Of a stretch of 64,000 nt of DNA, positions 45,606-54,661 are shown piece by piece. The stretch's first letter is position 1. Each line of letters begins with the position of its first letter. The stretch covers positions 4,157 to 68,156 of the forward strand of contig CAYQYZ010000006.1 of NCBI GenBank assembly GCA_964422025.1. Reading direction: 5' to 3'. This DNA comes from an uncultured Gammaproteobacteria bacterium (GTDB lineage Bacteria > Patescibacteriota > Microgenomatia > UBA1406 > HO2-37-13b). Below the pieces are notes generated by a model. That model was not told the origin of the DNA. It ran no database searches and saw only the letters and a program-made list of their open reading frames with translations. The translations under genes and the position numbers were made by a program.

Positions 45606-46260
45606 GGTCTTCTAGCACATCTAACAACCGACTTACTTTTTCATGAGACTCTTGCGCCAATTCCACCATCGTGAGTGGTCGATAGAAAATTTCTACTGGT
45701 GCATCCCTGACTTCTCCAATCTTTTCAAAGGGAATATATAAAATGTAGGATTCCTCATCTTCTTCCATGTCGAGTATAGAGAATTTTTCGCCCATCTCAA
45801 ATGCTTCAACCTCGGTCGCAGAACTCTTCGAGAGTATGATTCGTCCACATTTTTGAAAATTGTACGCAACAGAATTTATATTTCCCATCTTTCCCCCGTT
45901 TTTTTCGAGTGCTAATTTAACATCCGCATGTGTTCTATTGGAATTATCCGTAGTTGCTACAATTAAAAATGAACCGCTCTGGGGCCCAAAACCTTCGTAT
46001 ACAACCTCTTTAAGAGAGTCGGCTCCCCCACCCTTTCCTTTTTCAATTGCCCGTTCAATATTTTCACGAGGCATATTTTCTTCTTTAGCCTGTTGTACAG
46101 CCAAGCGAAGCCGAACATTTTTGTCCGGGTCTCCCATTCCCCCACCATCTTTTACAGCAACCGTAATAAGACGAGACAGCTTTGAGAAGACGAGTCCCCG
46201 TTTCTGATCGGTAATTCCCTTTTTACGCTTAATTTGCGACCATTTAGAATGTCCTGACAT
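45568..46260 (-). CDS. yebC: YebC/PmpR family DNA-binding transcriptional regulator
   Basis: MSGHSKWSQIKRKKGITDQKRG is the hallmark N-terminus. 230 aa. Confidence 0.9.
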   Translation of the reverse strand: MSGHSKWSQIKRKKGITDQKRGLVFSKLSRLITVAVKDGGGMGDPDKNVRLRLAVQQAKEENMPRENIERAIEKGKGGGADSLKEVVYEGFGPQSGSFLIVATTDNSNRTHADVKLALEKNGGKMGNINSVAYNFQKCGRIILSKSSATEVEAFEMGEKFSILDMEEDEESYILYIPFEKIGEVRDAPVEIFYRPLTMVELAQESHEKVSRLLDVLEDLDDVAKVYTNYA

Positions 46261-46362
46261 ATAGGCTATTATACAATATGGGAAATATGAGGCTCGTAGC
46301 TTATAAGGTCATATTACAATCGCCAACTTACGCATAAACGCTATCTATAACGGGGCGGGATA

Positions 46363-46467
46363 TGCGCGAGCGGGTGCGCCGACCGGAGGGAGTCCCAGCG
46401 GCTTTTGCCCTGCAAAAACGTTGGGACGAGGAAGGGGCAGGCCCCGCGAGCGGAGTATGTGCGTGGG
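46363..46467 (+). repeat. GC-rich ~105-nt intergenic repeat, copy A
   Basis: Shares the blocks tgcgagcgggtg, ccggagggagtcc, cggcttttgc..tgcaaaaacg, gacgagg, ggccYcgcgagc and gagcggagta with 50196-50332. Confidence 0.7.
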
Positions 46468-46513
46468 ATCCTGAAACAAGTTCGGGATGACAGGTGGGCT
46501 CAGAATGACGAAG
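46466..46513 (-). repeat. Two partial or variant copies of the short hairpin repeat element in opposite orientation
   Basis: ggatcctgaaacaagttcgggatgac and gggctcagaatgacgaagg are reverse complements of the gtcatYcYga.. / gtcattctgag.. cores. Confidence 0.55.
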
Positions 46514-46604
46514 GCAATATTCCCACATTGACATTTCCTACATTTCCCCTATACTGATATGCTATGTTGCAAATCGTCCATTGCATGGTATAATTCCCAG
46601 GTCT

Positions 46605-47435
46605 ATGAACAAACAATTATCACAACTGCACGAATCCGCCAACAACGCCGCTATTGCCGGAAATTTTGTGGAAGCTATTCGCCTGAATGAAGAAATTATT
46701 GCGTTAGCTCCCGATGATGTAGACGCATATTTGCGCTTAGGTTTTGCACATTTGCAAAAAAATGAGCTCGAGAATTCAAAAAAAGCCTACAAGCAAGCCC
46801 TAAAACTTGAACCGATTAATCAGATTGCTCGTAATAACCTCGATAAAATCAAAATTCTTGAAAAAGGCCCAAATGCACATTTGCTCGACCATTCCGATCA
46901 GGATATGTCCTTGAACCCAAATTTGTTCTTAAATGTATTAGGTAAAACAAAAGAAATCACTTTAGTAAATACTGGCCAAGCTGACATTTTGGCCACGCTC
47001 AAAATCGGCCAATACGTTGAGCTGAAGGTTAAAAAACGACGGGTCGAGGTCCGTGATGGTAAAAATGAATATGTAGGCGCTCTTCCCGACGATATTTCTA
47101 AACGACTTATTTTTTTCTTGGACGCAGGAAGCACTTTTATTGTATACATTAAATCTGCATCCAAAAATATTGTAGATATATTCATTAAAGAAGAAAAGAA
47201 AGGCCTTAAAGTAAAAGGCTACACGTCATTTCCAAAAAATATCCAGGATGACTTGAAAGATATGGGTTCCGACAATGAAGAAAGTCATGAATCCGACGAA
47301 TCGTCTGAGCAATCTACTGAAGAAGACGAAACGGGTATGCACGAATCAGAAGTCGATTTGGAAGCGCTAGCCGACAAAGATGATGACGAATTTATGCAGG
47401 TAGGTCAATCCGATTTCGACGAAGAAGATGAATGA
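46605..47435 (+). CDS. TPR-repeat protein with an acidic C-terminal tail
   Basis: TPR-like helices (AIAGNFVEAIRLNEEIIALAPDDVDAYLRLGFAHLQKNELENSKKAYKQALKLEP). ATG 46605 is preceded by TATAAT (46589-46594). The track start at 46581 is a TTG. Confidence 0.6.
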   Translation: MNKQLSQLHESANNAAIAGNFVEAIRLNEEIIALAPDDVDAYLRLGFAHLQKNELENSKKAYKQALKLEPINQIARNNLDKIKILEKGPNAHLLDHSDQDMSLNPNLFLNVLGKTKEITLVNTGQADILATLKIGQYVELKVKKRRVEVRDGKNEYVGALPDDISKRLIFFLDAGSTFIVYIKSASKNIVDIFIKEEKKGLKVKGYTSFPKNIQDDLKDMGSDNEESHESDESSEQSTEEDETGMHESEVDLEALADKDDDEFMQVGQSDFDEEDE

Positions 47436-47605
47436 TGGTGGTAATGCTTGATTCCTTCATCAAAAAATACAATTGCCCCCCGAGTTTTGCGACGATGCAC
47501 AATATTACGAATTTCTGCAGCAAAATCCAAATCACGCATAGAATAGAGCGCCATAAGTAACGATACTAAAAAAATGATTACTAGTGGAAAAATGATTTCT
47601 ATCAT
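47405..47605 (-). CDS. Hypothetical small membrane protein
   Basis: 66 aa with one N-terminal TM helix. It starts 4 nt after the stop of the upstream gene. Confidence 0.3.
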   Translation of the reverse strand: MIEIIFPLVIIFLVSLLMALYSMRDLDFAAEIRNIVHRRKTRGAIVFFDEGIKHYHHHSSSSSKSD

Positions 47606-47608
47606 ATA

Positions 47609-48415
47609 TTATTCCCATTCCCGCTCAACGCGACTTCCCAAAACAAGCTGAATGTCGGCGCCTTTGACCGATCCTTCCCTCACATCGCACCTGAACATGT
47701 TGGCTAAATACTTAGCCGTTAACGAGCGAGTCCCGTGTTCAATTATATAACATTGTTGCTTTGAATCGGGAATATAGCTTATATCAACAACCCGAATCCC
47801 TTCGCCTTCAAGTATGCGCGAGAGTGTTTTGGCGCTTGAATACGTTGCATATACAATCGAAATATTTTTCCCTTCCATGCGCAACTGTTTATCATAAAAA
47901 AACCCTTTATATTTCTTTTGAAAACTATTTTCGGAATAGTCGGCGTTGTTTGCCGGATCTACATAACGTGTGTTAAGAGTGATGGAATCGCTCTTGTTTT
48001 TCTGAAACAGAAGGAAATATAAATACACTCTATCTAAAAGAGGTATGTGCGCATTATTCGTCATTGTGTAGTCAACTTGCGCCGAGAGTGCGCTCGAGAA
48101 CGCTCGAGTTAACAATTCAGGTTTTTTTTCAATATCCGCAAGTCGTTGTAAAGCCCCAATGCGATACCGTCCGTATCCGCCTGGCACGAGTATTCGTTTA
48201 TCAGATGCAAATAACAACTCATAACTCACTCCGTCCGACCGGCCGATAGAGACTATTTTAGGCACATCAGAGTAGTAAAGGAGTGTAATTCTGCCCGGCC
48301 GCGCAAAAAATAATGAATCTGAAAACGATCGAATAATAGTCATGAGTACATACAGCCCAATAGCCACCAGCACTAAAAAAATAATCCGCTTTTTATTTGT
48401 CATTTTCTTTTTCAT
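47609..48415 (-). CDS. Membrane-anchored protein with a LytR_C-like C-terminal domain (possibly a degenerate LCP family member)
   Basis: N-terminal TM helix. The C-terminus is NISIVYATYSSAKTLSRILEGEGIRVVDIS...ADIQLVLGSRVEREW. The central region only loosely resembles LCP. Confidence 0.4.
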   Translation of the reverse strand: MKKKMTNKKRIIFLVLVAIGLYVLMTIIRSFSDSLFFARPGRITLLYYSDVPKIVSIGRSDGVSYELLFASDKRILVPGGYGRYRIGALQRLADIEKKPELLTRAFSSALSAQVDYTMTNNAHIPLLDRVYLYFLLFQKNKSDSITLNTRYVDPANNADYSENSFQKKYKGFFYDKQLRMEGKNISIVYATYSSAKTLSRILEGEGIRVVDISYIPDSKQQCYIIEHGTRSLTAKYLANMFRCDVREGSVKGADIQLVLGSRVEREWE

Positions 48416-48421
48416 ACGAAG

Positions 48422-50146
48422 TTATTCCATGCCGTGCTCAATCTTCAAGCGTTTAATTTTACCCGCAATCTCTTCTTTGGGAATATTCAACGACATAAAA
48501 GTTTTACGAATAATTGCTAAACTTGCTTCAAATTCTGGCTGAATAACCACTTCGGCGCCTAAATCCTTCATTCTTTGCTGCTGATCTTCGCCATTCACAC
48601 GGGTGAGTAAAAGTAGTTTTCGGTTTAACGTTTTGGAATTTAGCAGAATAGTCTCTTGTGCGTGCTTACTAGGAACAGCACAAATAAGTACTGCGGCAGT
48701 ATCGACCTGCGCATAATCAAGAATGTCAATATCAGTACAGTCTCCATAGAATATGTCGATTCCCGCTCGGCGGGCATGTTCAACGGTATAATAATTGTAG
48801 TCGATGGCTATGTAGGGTATCTTGGAAAGCATTAACGCCCGACCAATATACTTCCCTACACTTCCGTAGCCACACAAAACTACGTGGTCTTTAAGCTCCA
48901 ATACATCGATCGGCGATATGTCGCGATCAATATTAGCTGTTAAATACGCGTCTACATCGGGAAGACGGCGTTTAATAAATCCTTTTGTGCTTGTATACAG
49001 CTGACTTCGTTTTTGAATGAGCATAGGTGATATAGCGATTGTAAACAGCGTAGTGGCGATGGCAAAGTGATAGGTGTCATTTGTAAGTAAACGAGCATCA
49101 AACGCCTGGGTAAGCAGTACAAAGGCAAATTCTCCTACCTGAGTGAGCATGACTCCAATCGAGAAACTACTACGCGTATGAAATTTCAGTTTGGTGAAAA
49201 TGACGAAGATCACGAGAAATTTTATAATTGTCAGCAAAACTACAAAGGCTAAAATTGCCGGCAAATTCCCCATAATGCTTCCCATATTTGCAGTTATGCC
49301 TAAATACACGAAAAAGAGAACGGTGAATAGATCCCGAAGTGGTCGAATCTGGGAGAAAATATGATAATGTTGCAGTGTTTGGCCTACTAATACACCTGCA
49401 ATAAAAGCAGCAATTCCTGCCGAAAGGCCGAGTATGGAGAATACATAGACTGCTACGAATATGAAAAATATCGTGAATAAATTTAGCAGTTCTCGGGAAA
49501 TCTTGGTTACCTTAGAGAAAACATAAGGCACCACTTTTTTTCCAATAACATAAATAGTTATTAATACGACTGCCGCACGAAGCGATCCGACAGCCAGCGC
49601 CTGAAAAAATGCCCCTACCCCATCGTTATTTCCCATCGCGGTCACAAGAATAATGAGTGGAATGGCGGCTAAATCTTGCAATACCAAAATTCCCAAAGCT
49701 AAATTACCTGTTAATGAGCTCTCTTCGCCCTTTTCTTGGATAATTTTGGAAACAACCGCTGTTGACGATAAGCTAAACGCCAAGCCTAATATAATTGATG
49801 TTTTAATGTCGAATTGAAAGATGAATGAAAGTAGGAACACGGCCACCGAAGTAAGCGCGATTTGCATAAGGCCTCCATAAATTGTGAATTTTCCAAAGCG
49901 CTTCAATGCATCTAAATTTACCTCCAAGCCTACGGTAAAAAGCAGAAAAATGATTCCTATGCTGGCAAATTGACTTAGAAATTCCCCTGAAAGCGCACTC
50001 GTTCCCAAAAATCCCAATGCCATCCCACCGGCAATATAACCAACAATGGAAGGCAATTTGAGCTTATGTGCAACATATCCACCTAATAGTGGAAAAAGTA
50101 AAAAAAGAAGAATTTGCAATAAAACATGCGTTTCAATCTCGCCCAT
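48422..50146 (-). CDS. Cation:proton antiporter (CPA2/Kef-type) with a C-terminal RCK/TrkA-N domain
   Basis: About 12 TM helices, then VVLCGYGSVGKYIGRAL (Rossmann GxGxxG). The likely start is MGEIETHVLL (ATG 50146). Confidence 0.85.
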   Translation of the reverse strand: MGEIETHVLLQILLFLLFPLLGGYVAHKLKLPSIVGYIAGGMALGFLGTSALSGEFLSQFASIGIIFLLFTVGLEVNLDALKRFGKFTIYGGLMQIALTSVAVFLLSFIFQFDIKTSIILGLAFSLSSTAVVSKIIQEKGEESSLTGNLALGILVLQDLAAIPLIILVTAMGNNDGVGAFFQALAVGSLRAAVVLITIYVIGKKVVPYVFSKVTKISRELLNLFTIFFIFVAVYVFSILGLSAGIAAFIAGVLVGQTLQHYHIFSQIRPLRDLFTVLFFVYLGITANMGSIMGNLPAILAFVVLLTIIKFLVIFVIFTKLKFHTRSSFSIGVMLTQVGEFAFVLLTQAFDARLLTNDTYHFAIATTLFTIAISPMLIQKRSQLYTSTKGFIKRRLPDVDAYLTANIDRDISPIDVLELKDHVVLCGYGSVGKYIGRALMLSKIPYIAIDYNYYTVEHARRAGIDIFYGDCTDIDILDYAQVDTAAVLICAVPSKHAQETILLNSKTLNRKLLLLTRVNGEDQQQRMKDLGAEVVIQPEFEASLAIIRKTFMSLNIPKEEIAGKIKRLKIEHGME

Positions 50147-50195
50147 ACAATCATGATAGCACAAAGAGCGTGGAGTCGTCCAATAGTGCATTGTG

Positions 50196-50332
50196 TGTGC
50201 GAGCGGGTGGCATGCCCGGAGGGAGTCCTAACGGCTTTTTGCTGTGCAAAAAACGGCTTCGACGAGGGCATGACGGGCCTCCGCGAGCAAAGTCCATGGT
50301 TGAGAATCACGATATCGAGCGGAGTAGTATGG
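50196..50332 (+). repeat. GC-rich intergenic repeat, copy B (with a ~30-nt internal insertion relative to copy A)
   Basis: See copy A. Same orientation, located between the dksA-like gene and the antiporter start. Confidence 0.7.
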
Positions 50333-50336
50333 AGGC

Positions 50337-50699
50337 TTATTGAACGAATTGTGACTCGCACTCTACGCAGTATTTAGCTTCCGGCACGAGCTCAAGACGA
50401 GCAACTGGAATTTCTTTTTTACAATTCTCACAAATTCCATAGCCTGAAGTGGTTATTTTCTTAACCGCTACATGAATATTTACTAATCTTTTTTCTAAGG
50501 AAAGAATTTGAGCCTCAATCGTATCGTGCCCTACTTGCTCTCGAATATCCGTATCTACTGCAGCATTATCGTTAACATGATCGGGGTTAGTAAATGGATC
50601 ATCGATCTTGAGTTCTTCAACGCGTGATAGAATAGCCTTTTCTTCGTCAATCAGTCTTTTGTGCAGGCTTGCCGTTACTTGTTGTGTTAAGTTTGTCAT
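50337..50699 (-). CDS. TraR/DksA family C4-type zinc-finger protein
   Basis: Coiled-coil N-terminus and CENCKKEIPVARLELVPEAKYCVEC. Confidence 0.75.
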   Translation of the reverse strand: MTNLTQQVTASLHKRLIDEEKAILSRVEELKIDDPFTNPDHVNDNAAVDTDIREQVGHDTIEAQILSLEKRLVNIHVAVKKITTSGYGICENCKKEIPVARLELVPEAKYCVECESQFVQ

Positions 50700-51426
50700 G
50701 GCGTTTAATCTTTTCTTTTAATGTACCCAGCCCGTGCATAATTTCCTTTCGGAAATAATGTACAAGATATGCAGTGCTTCCTAAAAATACTAATAAACTT
50801 ACCGCAAAGTTCATGCTGAACCGAAAGAAGTATAAATGATTTAATTTTAGATTGTCAAGTAACAGATTTATTCCGGAAAAAGTTAAAAGGAATATAAACA
50901 GTGAAAATCCTGCATGAAACTTACCACGTCGGATCGCACGAACAAAACGATAAGCAGTAAACGCGAATATAAAGAAGAATATGCTTTCAATAATAGCCAC
51001 CAACGACTCCTCGCCCGATAAAAAGCTCCCTATTTTTCCAATTCCCAACGCTAAAAAGAGCGGTGGAACAAAATAATCGATAATTTCCATAAACGCAATC
51101 TTCTTTCGGAAAAGATACACATAAAATGTCAGCATACCCCCATATAAAGCCCCAAACAGCGATAATCCGGGGTAACCGTTAATGAGAATAAATTTCAAAA
51201 AATCAAAGCCAAATTTTTCGAAATTGGCCAAAACGTATACGACTCGTGAGAAAAACAGGCCTCCAAACAGCGAAACGAAATATATATCAAATACGTCTTC
51301 CTCGCGATACGAGGTAAGCTTTATCATTTTCCAGAGTAGGAATAGGCTGAAAAAAAGCGCCAGCACTAAGAAAAATCCGAGTGTATAAATTTTTAGAACA
51401 CCTGACACAAACAGTATCGGTAGCAT
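50647..51426 (-). CDS. lgt: Prolipoprotein diacylglyceryl transferase-like membrane protein
   Basis: Polytopic. IGKIGSFLSGEE resembles the Lgt GRIGNFINGE motif. The start is trimmed to MLPILFVSG (ATG 51426) because the track ORF extension runs antisense through tRNA-Leu. Confidence 0.5.
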   Translation of the reverse strand: MLPILFVSGVLKIYTLGFFLVLALFFSLFLLWKMIKLTSYREEDVFDIYFVSLFGGLFFSRVVYVLANFEKFGFDFLKFILINGYPGLSLFGALYGGMLTFYVYLFRKKIAFMEIIDYFVPPLFLALGIGKIGSFLSGEESLVAIIESIFFFIFAFTAYRFVRAIRRGKFHAGFSLFIFLLTFSGINLLLDNLKLNHLYFFRFSMNFAVSLLVFLGSTAYLVHYFRKEIMHGLGTLKEKIKRHDKLNTTSNGKPAQKTD

Positions 51427-51482
51427 TGTGTAAGTATAATCCAGCCAGGCCAATTTGGCAAATCGTGATATAATTAGCTTTA

Positions 51483-51568
51483 GCCGGGGTGCTGAAATGG
51501 TAGACAGACCAGTCTCAAAAACTGGTGTTCGCAAGGACATGAGGGTTCGAGTCCCTCCCCCGGCACCA
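51483..51568 (+). tRNA. tRNA-Leu (anticodon CAA), CCA encoded
   Basis: Acceptor gccgggg/ccccggc, anticodon stem ccagt/actgg with loop ctCAAaa, long variable arm, T arm gaggg-ttcgagt-ccctc, discriminator A plus CCA. Confidence 0.85.
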
Positions 51569-51579
51569 AAAAAGACAAT

Positions 51580-51849
51580 ATGGAAATATTAGAATCACTC
51601 CCCAAAGACATACAAATCTTAATCATAGCATCGCCGGTTTTTATCGGGATCATTGTTATTGGATTGGTACTTCATTCTGGCTATAAGCGGATAAGTAGGA
51701 CCGCGAGATTTTGGCTTATCGCAACATGTGGACTTACGTTACTGTATATAAATGGGCTAGTTGATGGTACTTTATCAGAATATCGCCAAGTTAAGGGAAT
51801 TTTTACAATCGCGGCAGCTTTTCAAACATATCGAACACTGAGAAAATAG
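51580..51849 (+). CDS. Hypothetical small membrane protein
   Basis: 89 aa with 3 hydrophobic segments. Confidence 0.4.
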   Translation: MEILESLPKDIQILIIASPVFIGIIVIGLVLHSGYKRISRTARFWLIATCGLTLLYINGLVDGTLSEYRQVKGIFTIAAAFQTYRTLRK

Positions 51850-51852
51850 ATG

Positions 51853-52506
51853 TTACTTCCAGCAATTCCAGTAGCAGAATCCGACTTTTGATTTGATTGA
51901 ATTAGCAGGAACCGCTCCCCAAACCCGAGAATCAGAGCTTCGTGATCGGTTATCTCCAAGTACAAAATAATTATTGTTAGGAACTGTGTAAGCTTCACCT
52001 TCAATAATCATTGCGTCATCATACGTTGTGGTAGAAATACCTGTTAAATAAGCTGACTCATCAAGCGGCTCATCGTTCACCCATACTGCTCCTTTCTCGA
52101 TTAGCACCTTTTCATTTGGTAAGGCGATAACTCTTTTAACGAGTTCTGTGGCTGAGTCAGGAGAAGTAAAGATAACTACATCGCCACGATTAATAGGTTC
52201 TTCCTCAGATGTCACATTTGTCATATAATATTGACCGTCCATGAAGTTAGGAGTCATTGTCTCGCCTTTTATCTGAACAGGTTGAGCAACACCCACATAT
52301 GTAAGTACGCTCAGGTACGACAGAATAACAATGACAAAGGGAAGAGTGATCAGCGCCTTAATCCATGTCGGCCACTTCATCCAAAGCCACATTAAAATTA
52401 CACCAATAATGCCAGCGGCCGGCATGATAAGTGTTGCAAGAAGGAGTGCAATGATGAGAATTTGTTTATTTCTACTGGTATTAAGCGAATTCGTATTCTT
52501 TGACAT
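51853..52506 (-). CDS. lepB: Signal peptidase I (S26 family) homolog with Thr at the canonical nucleophile position
   Basis: N-terminal TM helices. Box B reads KGETMTPNF (canonical G-x-S-M-x-P-T), box D reads LVKRVIALPNEKV, and box E reads GDNRSRSSDSRVWG. Confidence 0.75.
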   Translation of the reverse strand: MSKNTNSLNTSRNKQILIIALLLATLIMPAAGIIGVILMWLWMKWPTWIKALITLPFVIVILSYLSVLTYVGVAQPVQIKGETMTPNFMDGQYYMTNVTSEEEPINRGDVVIFTSPDSATELVKRVIALPNEKVLIEKGAVWVNDEPLDESAYLTGISTTTYDDAMIIEGEAYTVPNNNYFVLGDNRSRSSDSRVWGAVPANSIKSKVGFCYWNCWK

Positions 52507-52643
52507 GATTCATTTGTATATAAAGTAACACTGTTTGTCAATACATAATTGGAGTCCCTACCTATCGGCAAGCAGGCCTCCCCCGGCACAGTCGACCATA
52601 CTCCATTTGATCCTAATCGCACTGTGTATTGCTATTAGCGTAA

Positions 52644-53984
52644 CTACATAGAACTCGTACTATCCACAGAGTAGAACTTGACTCTATCCCCCCGGAACAT
52701 GAGGTCGATTTCACCGGTAGATCCATTTCGGTGTTTGGCGATATACAGTTTAATCATTTTTTTCGTTTCATCCATAAGGTCTTCGGTTTCTTTTTCGTAG
52801 TATAAGAACATGACGACGTCTGCATCTTGCTCGATCGATCCAGATTCACGTAAATCCGCCAGCTGAGGTTTCTTCTCTCCTCTATGCTCAATGGCTCGCG
52901 AAAGCTGAGAAAGGGCCAATACCGGAACTTTCAATTCACGGGCAAGGTTTTTAAGGTTTTGAGAAATAAACGATACCTCTTGCACTCTATTTTCTACTTT
53001 CTTTCCGGGGTTAACAAGTTGTAAGTAATCGATAATAATGAGTTTCAGGCCTTTTTCGATTTTCAATTTTCGGGCTTTTGTACGCATTTCCAAAATAGTT
53101 GCACCAGGAGTATCGTCAATATAAATAGGCGCGTCGGATAAATCGCCCATTGCCTGTGTTAACTTTCCCATATCGTCATCGGTTAACTTTCCAGTTTTAA
53201 GCCTCCAGGCATCAATATCGGCTTGTCCTACCAGCAAACGATCAACAAGTTCTTCCTTGCTCATTTCTAGTGAAAATATACCGACCGGTTGCTTTTCAAC
53301 AAGCGCTGCGTGAAGCGCAATATTCAGCGCCATACTTGTTTTACCAATACCCGGACGTGCAGCTAAAATAAGCAAGTTTGAATCTTGCATACCGGCTAAC
53401 TTATTATCTAAATGCTTAAAGCCGGTTCCAATTCCTCGCAAACCATCGCCTTTACTAGCTGACTCAAGCCGTTCAAAACTTTCGGCCAAAATGCTTTTTA
53501 AGGTTACGAAATCTTGGTGTAAGTACGCCTGCGAGAGAGCGAAGATGCCTGTCTCAGCTTCGTTTAGCAAAATTTTCACGTCTCCAGTCTCCTCGAATGA
53601 CCGTTCAACTAAATGACTAGCCATAGAGATTAATGAGCGTTTTACGTACGCGGCTTTTACAATGCGCGCATAATGTTCTACATACGCGCTCGTAGGCACA
53701 GTATCGATTAAATCAGCCAAATACGATCCCCCACCGATTTTGGTAAGTTCCCCATGCTTTTTAAGCTCCGCGGAGAGCGTAACAACATCGACCGGTTGGT
53801 TTTTTTCAAACAATGTAAGCATGCTCGAAAAAATGAGCCCATGAGCCGGAACATAAAAATGCTGGGCTCCAATAATTTCAGCAACCAGCGAGACTGCGGC
53901 CGGATCAATAAGAATACCGCCTAATACGGCTTTTTCTGCTTCAGTATCATGCGGAGGAGTTTTGGTTAGCGAGCCACTTGGCAT
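52644..53984 (-). CDS. dnaB: Replicative DNA helicase DnaB
   Basis: PPHDTEAEKAVLGGIL N-terminus, Walker A ARPGIGKTS, IIDYLQL, and the SQLSR motif. Confidence 0.92.
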   Translation of the reverse strand: MPSGSLTKTPPHDTEAEKAVLGGILIDPAAVSLVAEIIGAQHFYVPAHGLIFSSMLTLFEKNQPVDVVTLSAELKKHGELTKIGGGSYLADLIDTVPTSAYVEHYARIVKAAYVKRSLISMASHLVERSFEETGDVKILLNEAETGIFALSQAYLHQDFVTLKSILAESFERLESASKGDGLRGIGTGFKHLDNKLAGMQDSNLLILAARPGIGKTSMALNIALHAALVEKQPVGIFSLEMSKEELVDRLLVGQADIDAWRLKTGKLTDDDMGKLTQAMGDLSDAPIYIDDTPGATILEMRTKARKLKIEKGLKLIIIDYLQLVNPGKKVENRVQEVSFISQNLKNLARELKVPVLALSQLSRAIEHRGEKKPQLADLRESGSIEQDADVVMFLYYEKETEDLMDETKKMIKLYIAKHRNGSTGEIDLMFRGDRVKFYSVDSTSSM

Positions 53985-53988
53985 AAAA

Positions 53989-54636
53989 TTATACTTCCAT
54001 TACGACGATTTGCATTTGGTCGGTCAAATCAGCTTTTTTGATGGTAAGTTTCTTTACGGGTTCTATTGTGCCTGCTCCCATTTTTTCTAAAAAGTTGGCT
54101 AGTGGAGCAACGTCTTTGAATGTTTCTGCATTATGTGCATCGGTTTTATAATGCATGGGAATAACAATTGATGGTTCGATTTTTGAAATGATTTTTGCGG
54201 CTTCGTCGGCCGAGATAGTATAAAAGCCTCCAACCGGAATCATGAGCACATCAACGACATCAATTTCTTCAAGCGCTTCTTCTGTAAGCATGTGGCCCAA
54301 GTCACCACAGTGCAAAACAGAGATGTCTTCAGCAACTATTTTAAACAGCGTGTTTTTGCCTCGATCTGCACCTTTATTGGCGTCATGATACGATTCATAG
54401 CCATAAATACGAATGCCATTTTTTTCGTATTCCCCAGGAATGTTAACAATAAGTGGACTGCCCGTAACTCCAGAAAGGAAATTATGATCGTCGTGTTCAT
54501 GAGAAACGGTAACCACATCGGCTTCTTGTGTAGGAAATTTGAGTCCGACTGCTTTTGAATCAAACGGATCTAGAACTACCGAACCGAGTTTTGACTTGAT
54601 TGAAAATGAGGCGTGTCCGAGGTATTTAATATCCAT
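53989..54636 (-). CDS. MBL-fold metallo-hydrolase (UPF0173-like)
   Basis: MDIKYLGHASF start (ATG 54636), SHEHDDH metal motif. Confidence 0.75.
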   Translation of the reverse strand: MDIKYLGHASFSIKSKLGSVVLDPFDSKAVGLKFPTQEADVVTVSHEHDDHNFLSGVTGSPLIVNIPGEYEKNGIRIYGYESYHDANKGADRGKNTLFKIVAEDISVLHCGDLGHMLTEEALEEIDVVDVLMIPVGGFYTISADEAAKIISKIEPSIVIPMHYKTDAHNAETFKDVAPLANFLEKMGAGTIEPVKKLTIKKADLTDQMQIVVMEV

Positions 54637-54661
54637 GGTGGGAACATGATAGCAGTATAAT

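Noticed and set aside
46328-46534. Track ORFs inside the GC-rich repeats (46328..46534 minus; 50068..50343, 50083..50361 and 50126..50377)
   Set aside because: Open frames on both strands are expected in locally GC-rich DNA. The translations are Arg/Pro/Gly-rich with no motifs, and the similarity between copies is at the nucleotide level across frames.
51427-51540. N-terminal extension of the lgt-like ORF, and similarly 58236..58370 of ORF 58236..58751
   Set aside because: Both extensions run antisense through well-folded tRNA genes (tRNA-Leu and tRNA-Thr). Internal ATG starts just beyond the tRNAs give sensible N-termini.
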